Source: the human T2T-CHM13v2.0 reference genome, Homo sapiens. Taken from it: a DNA stretch of 64,000 nt. The stretch lies in NCBI RefSeq assembly GCF_009914755.1, contig NC_060935.1; one strand, written 5' to 3'. The notes beneath the pieces were generated by a model. The model had not been told where the DNA came from and ran no database searches. It worked only from the letters and a program-made list of their open reading frames with translations. The translations under genes were made by a program, and so were the position numbers. Below, in pieces: positions 1-18,789 of this stretch. Numbering within the stretch: position 1 is the first letter of the stretch; the number at the start of each line of letters is the position of its first letter.

Positions 1-99
1 CATTACTTCTGAATTCCTCAGATAAAGAGTTTTGCCTCTGCCTGGGCTGCTAGATGGCCACCAGGTGACCTTTGCTCTCCTCAGGGGCTGCTGTGGGTC

Positions 100-480
100 C
101 AGAGCTGGAAGGAGAATGGGCCGCATCCTTTCCTCCTTCCCTCCCCGCAGCAGCAGGGGCTCTGGCTGCGGGGGCGGGCTGAGCTCCGTCCGGGGTGATG
201 CGAAGGGGGTCATGCCGAGGGGGTGACTCCCAGCTTGCACTGCGTCCCACAGTCGCGCCTCGCCTCGCCTCCCGGAGCCCGAGTCTTCCAAGGGCGCTGG
301 CAGCTGCGTCAGCTCCCGCTGCCCGCCCCAAGCGTCCAGAGCTAGGAGGGAGTTACGGGGCGAGGCCCAGGGCTTTTCAGGGCCGGGGGTCGTGCGGCCA
401 GGCGCGGGTGGACTAGGCCAGCGGCCACTGAGGGGCAGAGAGGTCTGGGGTTCTAAGTTTAGCCCACTCCGCGAATGTGG
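100..480. promoter_or_regulatory. Small orphan CpG-rich island
   Basis: High GC/CpG with GGGGGCGGG; no associated exon seen. Confidence 0.5.
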
Positions 481-1621
481 ATTGCTTTGTTTGGATGTGA
501 TTCCCTTTCCAGGTGACTGTAGGTTACCCCCACACTGCCCTGGCATGGAAGAGATTTAGGCTGTCCTAGGCCTTCACCCTTCCCTAAGACGAGAATCCAG
601 AGGAGGAGCCATTTAACAGCTCCCTGGCTTCTCTCACTTACAGGGAGCTCACTACTACTACTAAAAACATTTTGAAGTTAACACCCCCTTATGCCTGGCT
701 CATTCGTGCATTCAACAGATGTTTACTGAGCACAGACTGTGTGTTGGAGACTGGCCACTGGTTTACATAACGAGCTGTGATAAAACAAAGTCCCAAGCCT
801 CTTGGTTGATGTTCTCAGGCTTTTTTGAGGTGTGAATCACTTCTCCCTGGAAGCCCTCCTAGCTATGCCACCCTGGCTTAAGACTGACTTTTGTGCTCTA
901 GTGGCCCCTCAGGGATTCCCCACATCAGCACTGACTAAATGTCCACTTCCATGAGCTAGAGGAAGGTGGCGCCTCTTATTTGGCCTGGAGCAGGGAGCTA
1001 GGGCTCCTGCAGCCTCCAGATCCCTTACTGGGCGTCAGCTCAAGGGTGGGAAGGCCGGGGGCCTGCACCCCCTGGGAAAGATGTGGGCATTTGTTTCAAG
1101 GCAGGTGGTGGTGGCTGAAGTCTGGAGGCAGGGAGAACGGCTGCGTATTTCAAACTTGTAAGCAAAGGACAGGGGACCTATTACTGGGAAATTTCCCACA
1201 TGTGCCAGGGGGAAGGAACAACCCTCTCCCTGTGGAAGGTGGGGGGAGCGAGCTCACCTCCCAGAGAGACAACTCTGTCACTCTGGCGCCTCTGCCCGCC
1301 CTTGTTCTTCCCTCCATCTGAAATCTTCCCCTCTTCTCAAAGCTGGTGTATTCTCATCCTTTAACTCTCCACTCAAATGTCACTTTCCTTGTCAACCCTT
1401 GTCAAAATTGGTCCCCTCCTCTGTTCCCTTTATTCCATCACCTATATTTTCTCAGAACATGTACAGTGCTCATTCACTAGGATTGTTACCCGAATCCTCT
1501 GCTAGAATGTAAGCTCCAGGAAGGTGGAATTCTTGCCTTTTTCCTGCCTTATTTTTACTAGCTGTACCTTGCATAAAGGGTGTTTGTTGAGTGAATGAAG
1601 TTCTGTCCTAGATCAAGTTAG

Positions 1622-2490
<869 letters not shown>

Positions 2491-2524
2491 TCACAAGGTC
2501 AGGAGATTGAGACTATCCTGGCTA

Positions 2525-2833
<309 letters not shown>

Positions 2834-3248
2834 TCAGTTATTGCTTTGAGCTTCTGTGAGCCAAAGAGAAAGGAAGAGGAACAAAGGTAGTTGCATGATT
2901 CTTCTTGCCTCTAGGGAAAAAGCATCCCAGTTCCTCAGAGAAAGGAAATTTTTTGCTGGCAGTTAATATCTAAGGAGTTTCTCATACAGGTCTCCATATA
3001 GGGATGTGGTGGCTGATGAGAACAGACTGCAGCTTTCCTAACTAAGGGCATTGTTCACCGAGCATCCAAATCAGCAGCATCAGCAGAGAGTGGGATGCCA
3101 AGGAATGACTCAGCAAGGGCAGCTCTGCAAGGCTACAGAAGAGCTTTGTGGGGGCTCTGGCCAGACCCAGGGGCGATGGCTAAAACCAAAGAGGAATGGA
3201 TGTACTGAATTCCCATCAGAGAAGTGTGGCTCCCGGCTTTCTGGTTTA

Positions 3249-3741
<493 letters not shown>

Positions 3742-4442
3742 TCACCCTGGAAGGCTGAGGCTGCAGTGAGCCATGATTGTGCTACTACCCTCCAGCCTGA
3801 GTGACAGACCAAGACCCTGTCTCAAAAAAAAAAAGAAAGGGGAACCCAGGTTGGATCAAGCCTCTAGATCTAATCACTTGTTTATAGGAAATGCAGAGGG
3901 AACAGAAGACTATGTCATACCACACCACAGGGATATGATGGGCAAAATCCAGAATGTGGAAAATTCCAAAGGCAAACCACCCAGATTCTTCAGCAAATAA
4001 ATTTCAGGGGGAAAAAAGGTGGGGAGAGGAAACCTATAGAGTATGCTAGAATCTTAAGAGACATGGAAATCCAAGGAAATGTGCAGATTCCACTTAGGTC
4101 CTGATTGAACAAACCAACTCTCAAAAAATATTGAGGCAAACTGTGTATTTGAAGATTAATACTAAAAAAAAGTTTTCTGTTTGTTTTGTTTTGTTTTCAG
4201 GCAGTCCTTGAACCAGAATAGGTTCAGAGAGGCTCCCCGGTTAATTTTTTTAGGTGTGAAAATGCTAATAGGATTTTGATTATATAAAAATTGTTTTGCA
4301 AATTGAAAAAATAATAAAAATAGGCCGGCCGCAGTGGCTGACGCCTGTAATCCCGGCACTTTGGGAGGCCAAGGCGGGTGGATCACGAGGTCAGGAGATC
4401 GAGACCATCCTGGCTAACACGTTGAAACCCCAGTCTCTACTA

Positions 4443-4715
<273 letters not shown>

Positions 4716-4769
4716 TTACTGCCTGGCCTGAGAGCTTACATATCATTTTCAAGATAGCAGTACATCGTG

Positions 4770-5463
<694 letters not shown>

Positions 5464-5527
5464 AGGGATTGGGAGTTTAGATGGAAGGGAAGTGGCAGGA
5501 GTTAGTAACTGTTGGAGCTGGGTATGA

Positions 5528-6039
<512 letters not shown>

Positions 6040-6314
6040 TAGGCCTGGCTGATTTTTGCATTTTTAGTAGAGATGGGGTTTCACCATGTTGACCAGGTTA
6101 GCTCGAACTTCTGACCTCGTGATTCGACTGCCTCATCCTCCCAAAGTGCTGGGATTACAGATGTGAGCCACCACGCCTGGCCTTTACTTTTTTATGTTTG
6201 AAATTTTCCATAACAAAACATCTTTAAGTATTGGAAATACTGACAAACGGTGAGCCAACTTTTCCCAAATACAAAATTATAACAAAATTACCCTGCACTG
6301 TCACCACCGTTTCA

Positions 6315-7156
<842 letters not shown>

Positions 7157-7354
7157 GGCTTAATCTCTGAATAAAGGACCCTCTTAAAATGGGATGTAGT
7201 TAGTTTTCTGGAAAAGTCACAGCCGACGCTCCCAGGGACTGTTTCTGGTTCACGGGCCCTAGGTTCAAACAACCCTTCCCAAACCTTGTTTGTTTCAAAG
7301 GTTGAGATCAAAGCTAGTGGGTAGCCAGTGAGGCTGTGCTTGTTCACTCTGTGA

Positions 7355-7826
<472 letters not shown>

Positions 7827-8529
7827 TGACTTGCTGGAGGTAACAGGGTGCCACTTAAATGGCACAGCCTAGGGTAGAACCCAGGGCTGCTGGTGCCTCG
7901 TCCAGGGTTTGCTCCACTCAACGTTTTACCTGCTATGAACTGACCCATGTTGTTTTCGTCATTCTAGTCAGTACCTAGAAAGACAGCTGTGTGGACTAGC
8001 TGCTGGACCACCAGGCTTTAAGTCTTGACATCGCTATTTACTGGCTGTGCAACCTTGAGCAAGTTTACTTAACTTCTCTGGGCCTCCATTTCCTCATCTG
8101 TAAAATGGGTAGGTGCTGTAATCATGACAGTTATCTTCCGTGAAAATTCAGTGAATGCATGTGCCGCAGTGCCTGCCATGTAGAAAGGACTCAGTGCAGC
8201 ATAGCTGCATTTTCACCTCCTATATGGATGGTAAGTTCCACAGATTTATTACGGAAAGCAGGCTGGCCTTTAACTTAGGGTCATGGAATGTCAGAGCTGG
8301 AAGGGGCCTCTTGAGTTAACTAGAGAGGCGTCCTTTTACAGGAGAAAATGAGTCCCTGGGGGCCTGCGTGACCTGCTGAAGGTCCCAGGGGCTTTTGGTG
8401 ACAGAACAGGAATCAAACTCCAAAGGGGTCCTCTGTCCTGGGGCTCTGGGCTTGTTGAACAAGTCAGCTGCCCCATCCTCCAATTTATAGAGCCATTAGC
8501 CCAAGGGAGTGTCAGTGTTGGTCAAGTAA

Positions 8530-9320
8530 AGACACGTGGAAGTGCACGGAGCTCTACAGTTTACTAACAGCATTTGCAAAGTTGGAGCCTTACTCCAGCC
8601 TAGAAGGTGGTGAGTGCTGGAATGAATATTCCATTTCACAGAAAGAAACCAAGGCCCCCAGGGATGAGTTGGTAACCAAAGCCATGGGTAGAGGCACAGA
8701 AATTCCTTGACTACTCTGGAAAATGAGGGAGTTCACCTTCAAGAGAAGAAAGTTAGGTCAGTATAAAATGGCTGACAGCCTCTTCTGCCTTCAGAAAAGT
8801 ACTTCAACTGCAAAGTCAACTACTAACTTCCAAGGAGGTCAGGAAGGAAAGCAGTTGCTATGGCAACATCTTTGGCAGCTATTTTCATCCTTCTCTGGTT
8901 CAGAACAGCTTCCAGCAGGTTCCTGTGGGAGGGATGGGGGAGAAAGGGAAAGGCTAGCTCCAGCCCAGCAACTGTCCTCAGCCAATCTCCCACCAGATTT
9001 CGGTGGCAAGAGGAAGGTGGCAGCCAATGAAGAGGCTCGGAGCTTGCATCATCCTCCTGACCAGGGTGGAATAACCAGGAGGCAGGCGCACGTGACCGTT
9101 TCCATGGTGACCTCCCTTAGCAACCCTGACTGGTCCTGTTTATGAACGCTGGAAAATTCCAACCAGCCTCTGTCCTGATTTTTTTACCTACTCTGCCTCC
9201 GCCTGCTCCAATGCAGGGGTGAAGTCACTGCCAACGTTTAACCCTTTCCCCACGTGGGCCTGGCTCCAGTCAGATCGAGGGTCTGGGAGGGCTGCAGGGA
9301 TCTCTCAGTCGCCAATGGTT
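8530..9320. promoter_or_regulatory. Motif-dense candidate enhancer/promoter (RFX, E-box, CCAAT, YY1)
   Basis: GTTGCTATGGCAAC 8854-8867, GTTTCCATGGTGAC 9098-9111, CACGTG at 8533, 9089 and 9251, four CCAAT, TATAAAATGGC 8762. Confidence 0.55.
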
Positions 9321-12300
9321 GCAGACAATCCAGTAAGCCACAGCTGTTACTTGCTGCACTGAACCCTGCCTGCGCTGAGTACCGAAAGCAGGAGGGAAGG
9401 TAGCCACATCTCTTGAGCCAGGCGCTGTCCTAAGCTCCTGACATCCCCACAGGCCTGAGAAAGGGGCACCACAAACAGGAACCAGGCTGAGACTGAGCCT
9501 GTGGACCCTGGTAGCAAGGGCGCCCTCTCTCTAAGAAGCCCTCTGTCATGCTACCGATGTTGCAGAACACCTGGGGCGGAGTAGGGAGTGCCAAAGCGCA
9601 GGGGATGAGTGCACAGCAGGGAGACTTCTATGGTCTGCAGGTGAGCTGAAGGCAGGCCCCTGAGGAGGTGGACATTTAGGCTGAATGGAGGACAGGGAGG
9701 TAGCAGGACCTGCTGTCTCCAGGACCCCTAAGTTTCTAGGCCAGAGCTGACGGCTGGTGGGTGCAGTCAGCCAGGCTCCAGGGAAGGCTGCTCCAGGCAG
9801 GGCTGAGTCTTCACGGTTCAGCTTTTAGAACTGGCCAGGTTGGAATTCTGGCTGGGGGCAGACAGGGAGGGCAAACCACAAACACTTCTGCCTGATCTGG
9901 CTGGGGAATCCACAGAGACCACCAGCTGGGACTGGGGTGAGCCTCTCAGAGCCCCTAGCACCAGCCCAAGGCTGCATGGGCTGACTGTGTGGGCAGATGC
10001 TGCCTAAGTCATGTGCAGAGCCGTCCTGAGCTGAGGCAGAACTATAAGACATGAACTCTGTTTTCAAGACAGGTGACAATGACAAACAGCAATAAAAGCC
10101 ACACACCATAGCTCAGGATAACAAGGGCTGAGATGCGTTTGGACAATGAGAAGAAAATAAAAATAAAAAAAACAGCTGATTCACCAAATGAAGGGCACAG
10201 TCCCAGGCGTGCTGGTGACGTCACTGGGCAGGGAAGGCTGCAGGAATCTGCAGCATGGACTGACTGTTCAGGTTCAAGGGGTCTTGACCTGGCTCCTGAA
10301 GTTGGGGGGCTCCCACTGCCAGGAGAGTGGCCACGACTGTGGGGAGCAGTGGAGGGAGGTCAGTGCAAGTAGGGAAAGTAGGGATCTTGCTGCCACAAAC
10401 AGTGGGGGTGGGGGTGGGGGGGGCAGGAACAGAGGAGGCTGGACTGCATGAGGTTTATGGCCTTGGCTCAGGGTGGGGCAGTAGGTGATAAAGAGCCCAG
10501 AGAGAGGAAAAGTGACCCTTTGTGACCTGGGCCCTGGTCTCTGTTGACATCTTGGGCCTCAGCTGCAGTCTTTGCTTGAGCAGAAGAGTCATGGAAATTT
10601 CCACCCAGATTCCTTTCCCAGCACTCAGTCCCCAGCTCCACATTCTTCTAGGCCCTGCTGGGCTGAGTTCCGCTTGTGGGGGCTGCAGGCTTGAAGAGGC
10701 CGAGGACAGCCTCCAGGTCACGGGGACAGCCACAGAAGGCCGGTGGAGTGGACGCATCAGAATTTCAGGCATGTGGGGCATTGAGCTGCCATGAAATACC
10801 AGAGCCATCCCCCGTGCCTGACAGGTCCCAGACGCCCCAGGGTCCCTGCTCCTGGGAGGGCAAAGAGGAGGAGTAACAGCCTCCTCCGTCACAGCAGTAC
10901 TCGAGTCACATCAGCTCATCACCAATGTGCCTCCCCCAGAGTAAGGGCAGCAGGGGCGGAAGAAGCCCAGGGGCACCTAAATATTGTGGGTTCAGCACTT
11001 CTGCTCTCCAGAAATGATCCAGGTCCACTGTTTTCTCAGGGGGAGTATTTTATATGTCTATCTCTAGAAGCTTCCAAGGGGAAAAAGTGACTTCAAGGGG
11101 AAAGAGGAGCTGGGAAGACCTTGGCAGCTCCTTCCCCTTGCCCGGCCTTCCTTTCCCTGCTCTGGGCTCCAGGCTCCACCCCACCTCCTGTTAGGCCTTC
11201 CTGAACAGCAGCAGCAGCTGGGAATGCAAAATGACATCCCTATGTTGTCCCTGCCCTTTGTCCAGGGTGAGAGGGACCCTTCCTCGGTGGAGTTGACACA
11301 GACCTGCCTCTCTCTCATGTCTGTACTGGGAGTGAGCCTGAGGCCTCCCTGCCAACGGGACTGGAAACTCTGGAATCCCCTTTGTCCCCTTTGATCCTCA
11401 GAGGAGCGAGGGAGCCCTGTTAACAAACACATAGTCATCCGAGAAAATGTAGGCTGCCTTGGGACAGAGACTACTGATGGGGTGGTGATAAGTGGCGACT
11501 TTGGATACAGTGGCCAGAGGGGTCCTGTGCAAGGAGTGCCCTGTGGTCAGGGTGACGAGGAGTCTGCCTTCTGAAGAGCTGTAGAGGAGCATTCCCAGAA
11601 GACGAGCCAAAGACAGCAAAGACCAGGAATCTGGAAGGGCCGGGGCACTAAGAGACAGGAGGGAGGGGGCCCTCATTGCAGGCACAGGCAGCTTCAGGCC
11701 ACTCTTTCACAGCTTTTCCTTTCTCTTGTCCCATGGCCACCCCCCCACTCCCAATCCAGGCCCCATGACCTCTGGCCTGGGCTATGGCACTGGGCCTCAG
11801 TGCCCTCCCCTCTGCTGCCTCTCCCAGCTCTGCCATCCTGCCCAGAGCAGCCAGACAATGCCTCCGGAAGCCAGGGCCTCTCCCAGCTCAGAAGCCATCC
11901 TTCTGCCCTAAGAGCCATGTCCATGGCCCTCTCCAGGTGTCCACGCCAGCCCAGACCTCACTGCAGTCTTCTCTTGCTTTCCTGCCAACAGCCACACCCA
12001 GCACCCACCTGGCCAGTCATTTCCTCCTCCCCGCACAAGCATTACCAATTTGGGGTGTGCAGGTGCAGGGCCTCTGTTTACCTATTCTGTCTGGGATATT
12101 CCCCACCCCCTGCCCCTCATAAAAGTCTATTAAATCCTACACATCCTTTTTGTTGTTGTTGTTGAGATGGAGGCTCACTGTCGCCCAGGCTGGAGGGCAG
12201 TGGCGCAATCTCGGCTCATGGCAACCTCCGCCTCCCGGGTTCAAGCGATTCTCCTGCCTGCCTCAGCCTCCCGAGTAGCTGGGATTACAGGCGCCTACCA

Positions 12301-13095
12301 CCATGCCCGGCTAATTTTTGTATTTTAGTAGAGACGAGGTTTCACCATGTTGGTCAGGCTGGTCTCGAATTCCTGACCTCAAATGACCTGCCCACCTCGG
12401 CCTCCCAAAGTGCTGGGGTTACAGGCGTGAGCCACCACGCCCAGCCTGGCTTCTGGAATTTTCTAGCCAGAACACAGTCTCTCCTGGGCCCTGTTCCTGT
12501 TGTATCACTTCCTGTACTAATCTGTTCCCCTCATGGCTAGACCGAATGCAGCCTGACCCCTTGGATAAGCTTCCAGGAGAAAGCCCACAGGATGGGCAGC
12601 CAGGGCGTGAGTGTCCCTACAGCTAACTCAGGGAGATGTCCGGGCCCCAGAGGCCATCTGCCTGCATCTCTAAAAAGTGCTGTGGGAATGTAACTTTTCT
12701 GAGTCTTAGATTCTTCAATTGTAGCATGAGGGGCTACTTAGAATTATGGATTTTCAGGATTGGAAGAAAAATCTCAAGTTTTCTTGACCAGCTTCTTCGC
12801 AATGCAGGGATACTGCGGAACCCTAGGAAGGTCACCCAGCTTCCAGAGGATACCTGTGGGAATGGGAACTTGCTACCTAGAGGTTTATTCCACTCAAACA
12901 CTGGGTGGCTCTGATCCACTATTACCAGTTCAGGAGAAGGCCCTGTCATTCTGCGGGCTTCTGTTTTAATCCGGCATTGTTGAGAAACACACCCCGACAA
13001 AGTGCCTGAAACCTTGTGGCCGCTACCCCCTTGTCCCAGGAGATGTGTGTCTGTGGGATGTGGGCCACACTTGCATTGAGGAAGAATGAATATAC

Positions 13096-13122
13096 GTGTG
13101 TGTGTGTGTGTGTGTGTGTGTG
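13096..13122. repeat. (GT)n microsatellite
   Basis: Direct reading. Confidence 0.9.
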
Positions 13123-13595
13123 AGCATGCTCATGGAGGATGTTTAATCAGCTTCATGCTGGGTGTGCCAGGCCAATACAAACATCTGCCAGGGACCTGAA
13201 GCATGACTGAAAAGATCAGGGACACAAGAACGCGGCTGCGACTCCCTGAGAGCTTCATTGTTCCTTCAGGCCACTTGGGAAGGTTCACTCAGCAGGCGTC
13301 TCCCGCGGTGACTCATCATGGGGCAAGGACAGCAAGGGCTGAGCCGGGCTCACTACCCTGCACTGGGCAGGGGGCGGGTAGGAGGTAGAGGGGTGAATGC
13401 TCCATCAGAGCTGCATGGAAACCACAGGTGGCCTCTGGGTTTTCTCCCCTGTCTCTGTGGATGGCAGTTGGTTCAGAAGTTCTGAACAGACCTCCAGAGC
13501 AAAGCAGTTCCCAGTTTCCCACGCAGTACAGCTAGCTCAGTCCCATTCCACTCCATCCTGATGGGCATTCGAATTTACGTCAAGTCTAAATCCGT

Positions 13596-13644
13596 TCTGT
13601 TCCTGTGGAATGATCTGTTCCTGTGGAATGATCTGTTCCTGTGG
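13596..13644. repeat. 18-bp tandem repeat TCTGTTCCTGTGGAATGA x2.7
   Basis: Units at 13596, 13614 and 13632 (partial). Confidence 0.9.
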
Positions 13645-13664
13645 GAGCTTTTCAGTATTCTGGT

Positions 13665-13691
13665 TGTGTGTGTGTGTGTGTGTGTGTGTGT
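13665..13691. repeat. (TG)n microsatellite
   Basis: Direct reading. Confidence 0.9.
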
Positions 13692-14869
13692 TATAAATTC
13701 CAAAAAAGATACTATTCCAATGTATTCATTGAGTCATTACTCAGTAGACACACATGGAGCTTCTACTGTGTGCCAGGCTCTAGTGATCTGGCAAATGACA
13801 GCTCTTTGCCTCAGTTTCCTCATCCGTCTAAGGGGAAAGCAACACCACCTCCCCCACAGGGCTGTTGTGAGGCACAGCACTCAATACACGTTACAGAAAA
13901 TAAAGATGCACATGGAGTGGATAGACGGTTCTACAGACGCAGCCCCCAGGAAGGCATGGGGGACAGCCCAGTTGTGCCCCTCGATGTCAATCTGTCCTCC
14001 TACAGCCCACAGTGCTACAGCTGGGCTGCCACAGCCAGGCCTTTCGGGAGGATCCACCAATAGGCTTCAGGGCCCAGGGCCAAGTACATTACGCAGCAAA
14101 TAGACCAAGGAAGGAACTAGGAGCCTGGAACTCTCAGGCAGGGGGTGGGGAATTGCTTTCTTAAGACACTTTCTCCTAAGAAAGAACAACAACAACAAAA
14201 AAGACACTTTCTCCTTTATTCCCCTCCCCGAAAGAGGATTCTATCTAACAAGGAATGCTTGCTAGAAGTAGAGGTGGGTACATTTAGAAGATGTTTTCTT
14301 GTCTCAGGAAGAGAGAATCTGTTTCCCCTACCCTCCTGCCCTGGTGATTCAGGGCTGTGATGGAAGAGGCCCCAGCTGCCTCTTCCGCATATCATTTTGG
14401 GAAGGTCAATGACACAGCCACTTCTAGTTTCTGTAACTCATTCTTGCTGGAATTGCCCTCAGCTCTCTGTGAAGTGACGGGCCTGTCTGCTGGGTTTCAA
14501 GGGATAATTTTACATGTTCTACAGGGTAAATTATTAGCTGTCCAAAACCCCCTAGAAAACAATGCTCTGTCTTCCATATCATAGAGCTCTGAGCTGCATC
14601 ATCTCTGTAGGTTTTTTCCTGCTGTGGGGGCGGTCACAGTAGGTGAGGGAGCCTAAGTTTGTGCAGCAGCTACGGAAGGTCACATTGTTCCAGAAATCGG
14701 CTCTGGGAAGGTGGGCAGCCAGGGGATGGGATTGGGAACTGCAAATTCCTAAAATCTTTAGAAAACAAGAAAGTTTGGGCTGGGTGTGGTGGTTCATGCC
14801 TGTAATCCCAGCACTTTTGGAGGCAGAGACAGGCGGATCACTTAAGGTCAGGAGTTTCAGACCAGCCTA

Positions 14870-15058
<189 letters not shown>

Positions 15059-15449
15059 TCAAGGAAAAAAAAAAAAACAAAAACCAAGAAAGTTGTTTTC
15101 TTGGGACTGTCTTTGCCCTTCATTTCTGACCTGCATTTCTAGAGAGCTCTAGAAATGCAGAATTAAAGAAAAAATTACAGGATTAGATAAAATCAAAGGA
15201 GGCCTGGGAGGAATCCAGGTGCCATGAAGACTCAGCCACTGCGGCCTCTGGGCTCCAGGGCCGTAGATGAAGGATCTCTCAGAAGCTTGTCTCTTGACTA
15301 AGCCTGACTGGACTTGCCAATCAGGGAAGGGGTGGAGTGGATTCTGGCATTCTCTGGAGGTTTCCGGCCTGGCCTGAGTCAGGAGGATTAAGGTAGGGCC
15401 TTGCTGACTGTATGCTTGGAGGCTGGATGCAAAATTTTTGCCCTTTTAG

Positions 15450-15779
<330 letters not shown>

Positions 15780-16619
15780 TGAGCCACCACGCCCGGCTCC
15801 AGCCTAAAGTCTTTCATGTCCTCTCCCCAACCCTTTGTTTACTGTATTTTATAGAATCAGCATCATGGCTTCTTGCATGGAATCCTCTCATTTTACATAT
15901 CTCAGTTGCTACTGGGAAGTTATTTGGGTTGGTGCCTGAGGTCACAGGGCTGTTTGTCAGTGGAGTAATTGCCAGAAACCAGAACCAAGGGCATTCTATT
16001 TTTAGCCTGGGCTTTTTTGAGGGGAGCATGAGATGACTGGCTAAAACAAATTTGCCCTCTTATATTTGTGTCCTTAGGCCCAAATGAAGTCTAGGTTTGA
16101 GACTAAAGTGAAAGGGAACAAACATGATATTAAAGGACTAGTGGAGGGGGCAGCTTCCATCAGACATTATGAAATTAAAAGGAGCACAGACGCAGTCCAG
16201 AGAAAAGGTGCTTGAAAAAATTCAGTGTTATGTTAAAAAGATCCTTAGTTCCAAGAGTGCTGAGAAGGCCACATAATCAAATATATTATTAATCTCCTCA
16301 CTAAAGTACATGGCAATTTTAGGCTGTCTTTTTTTATTATTTCATTTTTTAGAGTTTTTTTTTTTTTTTTTTTTTTTAAAGACGTTGTCTTGCTCTGTCG
16401 CCCAGGCTGGAGTGCAGTGACACGATCTCGGCTCACCACAACCGCTGCCTCCCGGGTTCAAGTGATTCTTGTGCCTTAGCCTCCTGAGTAGCTGGGATTA
16501 CAGGCGCACGCCACCACACCTGGCTGATTTTTGCATTTTTAGTAGAGACGGGGTGTTACCAAGTTGGACAGGCTGGTCTGGAACTCCTGACCTCATGTGA
16601 TCCAACCGCCTTGGCCCCT

Positions 16620-17226
<607 letters not shown>

Positions 17227-17332
17227 CAACATTCTGGCGGCTGGGCACAGTGGCTCAAGCCTGTAATCCCAGCACTTTGGGAGGCCGAGGCGGGCGGATC
17301 ACGAGGTCAGGAGATCCAGACCATCCTGGTTA

Positions 17333-17602
<270 letters not shown>

Positions 17603-18789
17603 TTAGGGCTCTTAACGTTCATCTCACTCGCTCTAGAGTGAAGGAGAGAGCAGAGAGTACAGAGCAGGTCCTAGGTCCTCCCCCAGATATAGAAAAACCG
17701 CAGTTGGAGAGACTGACAGAAGTGCTGCAGAGGAAGGGAGGCAGCAGGACGTGGAAAATCTGGGATTCAAGAACAGCTTCTGCTATTAATTAGCTGTGTG
17801 TCATTTCAGGCAAATCACAAAATCTCCAGGCCCCCAAATCCCCATTTGCGAAACGAGGTGACCTGCCTCAGTTTTCCTTCATCCAGCGATAAAATTCTAC
17901 TAAAAAATTTCCAACCCCAGAGCAAGCATCAGGACTGTGCCTGAAGGGATCCGGCTGCATCTCAGTAATATTCCACTCTTACAGGCTTAAAAATAAAAAA
18001 GAAAAGAAAAGAAAACAAGAACAGTTTCACCAGCGTCAATTGAGAACAGCTGCTTCAACAGGCCCTGCTTTATGTGGGCAGGTGGGGACAGGGAGTTGGC
18101 CCAGAAAACAGGACCCTCATTTCCTGGAGCCCCCAGGGCAGCTCCCCAACACCGTACACAACCTGCATCATTTACAGGAGCCAAAGGAGTTTTAGAAATC
18201 AACTTCATAGAGTTGCTGTATCATTGTGTTAGTTTTGCCATCCTAACCTATACAGCGTCACTAATCTCTCCCCTCGGAGTTGACTGCCTAAAAACAAGCC
18301 ATGGATACAGGTTCTAAAGACCCGGGGGTGAGGGAGCGGAGAGGGTGGGTGTCACCACCCCGTCCAGCTCCAAGCTTTGTGTGCCCTGGAACTCTCCATT
18401 TTAGGTCATTGCTTCAGTTTCTTTTCTAAAAAATTAGGCTGCTGCAAGGTCAGCCTGAGACCACTTCTGCCCCGAGAATTCTAGACTAGTAAGACCTGGT
18501 GACATACAAACGACGAAGATATTTTACAATAATGCCATGGCCCTTGATAGCTACACGAGGTTTGTGTTCTGATTTTAAATTAATGGATGACGTCGAGACT
18601 ATATGGAGGAAATGACAAAGGACAGGAGAGAGGTGGGAAAGGAAGACCTAGACTGAAAATGGAAGTTGGGCAGCAGCTCCACGAAAGAAAGACCAGCCCC
18701 CAAGTGCAGTGACAGCGCAGAGTAGCGACCGAGAAGTTCCCAGGCCAGCTGCCACCCCGCCCCCATGCCATTCCCCAGAACAGGCACAG

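Noticed and set aside
8723-9145. 140-aa ATG ORF in unique sequence
   Set aside because: No recognisable domain or exon structure; the region is better explained as a regulatory motif cluster (Ribo-seq/PhyloCSF would settle it)
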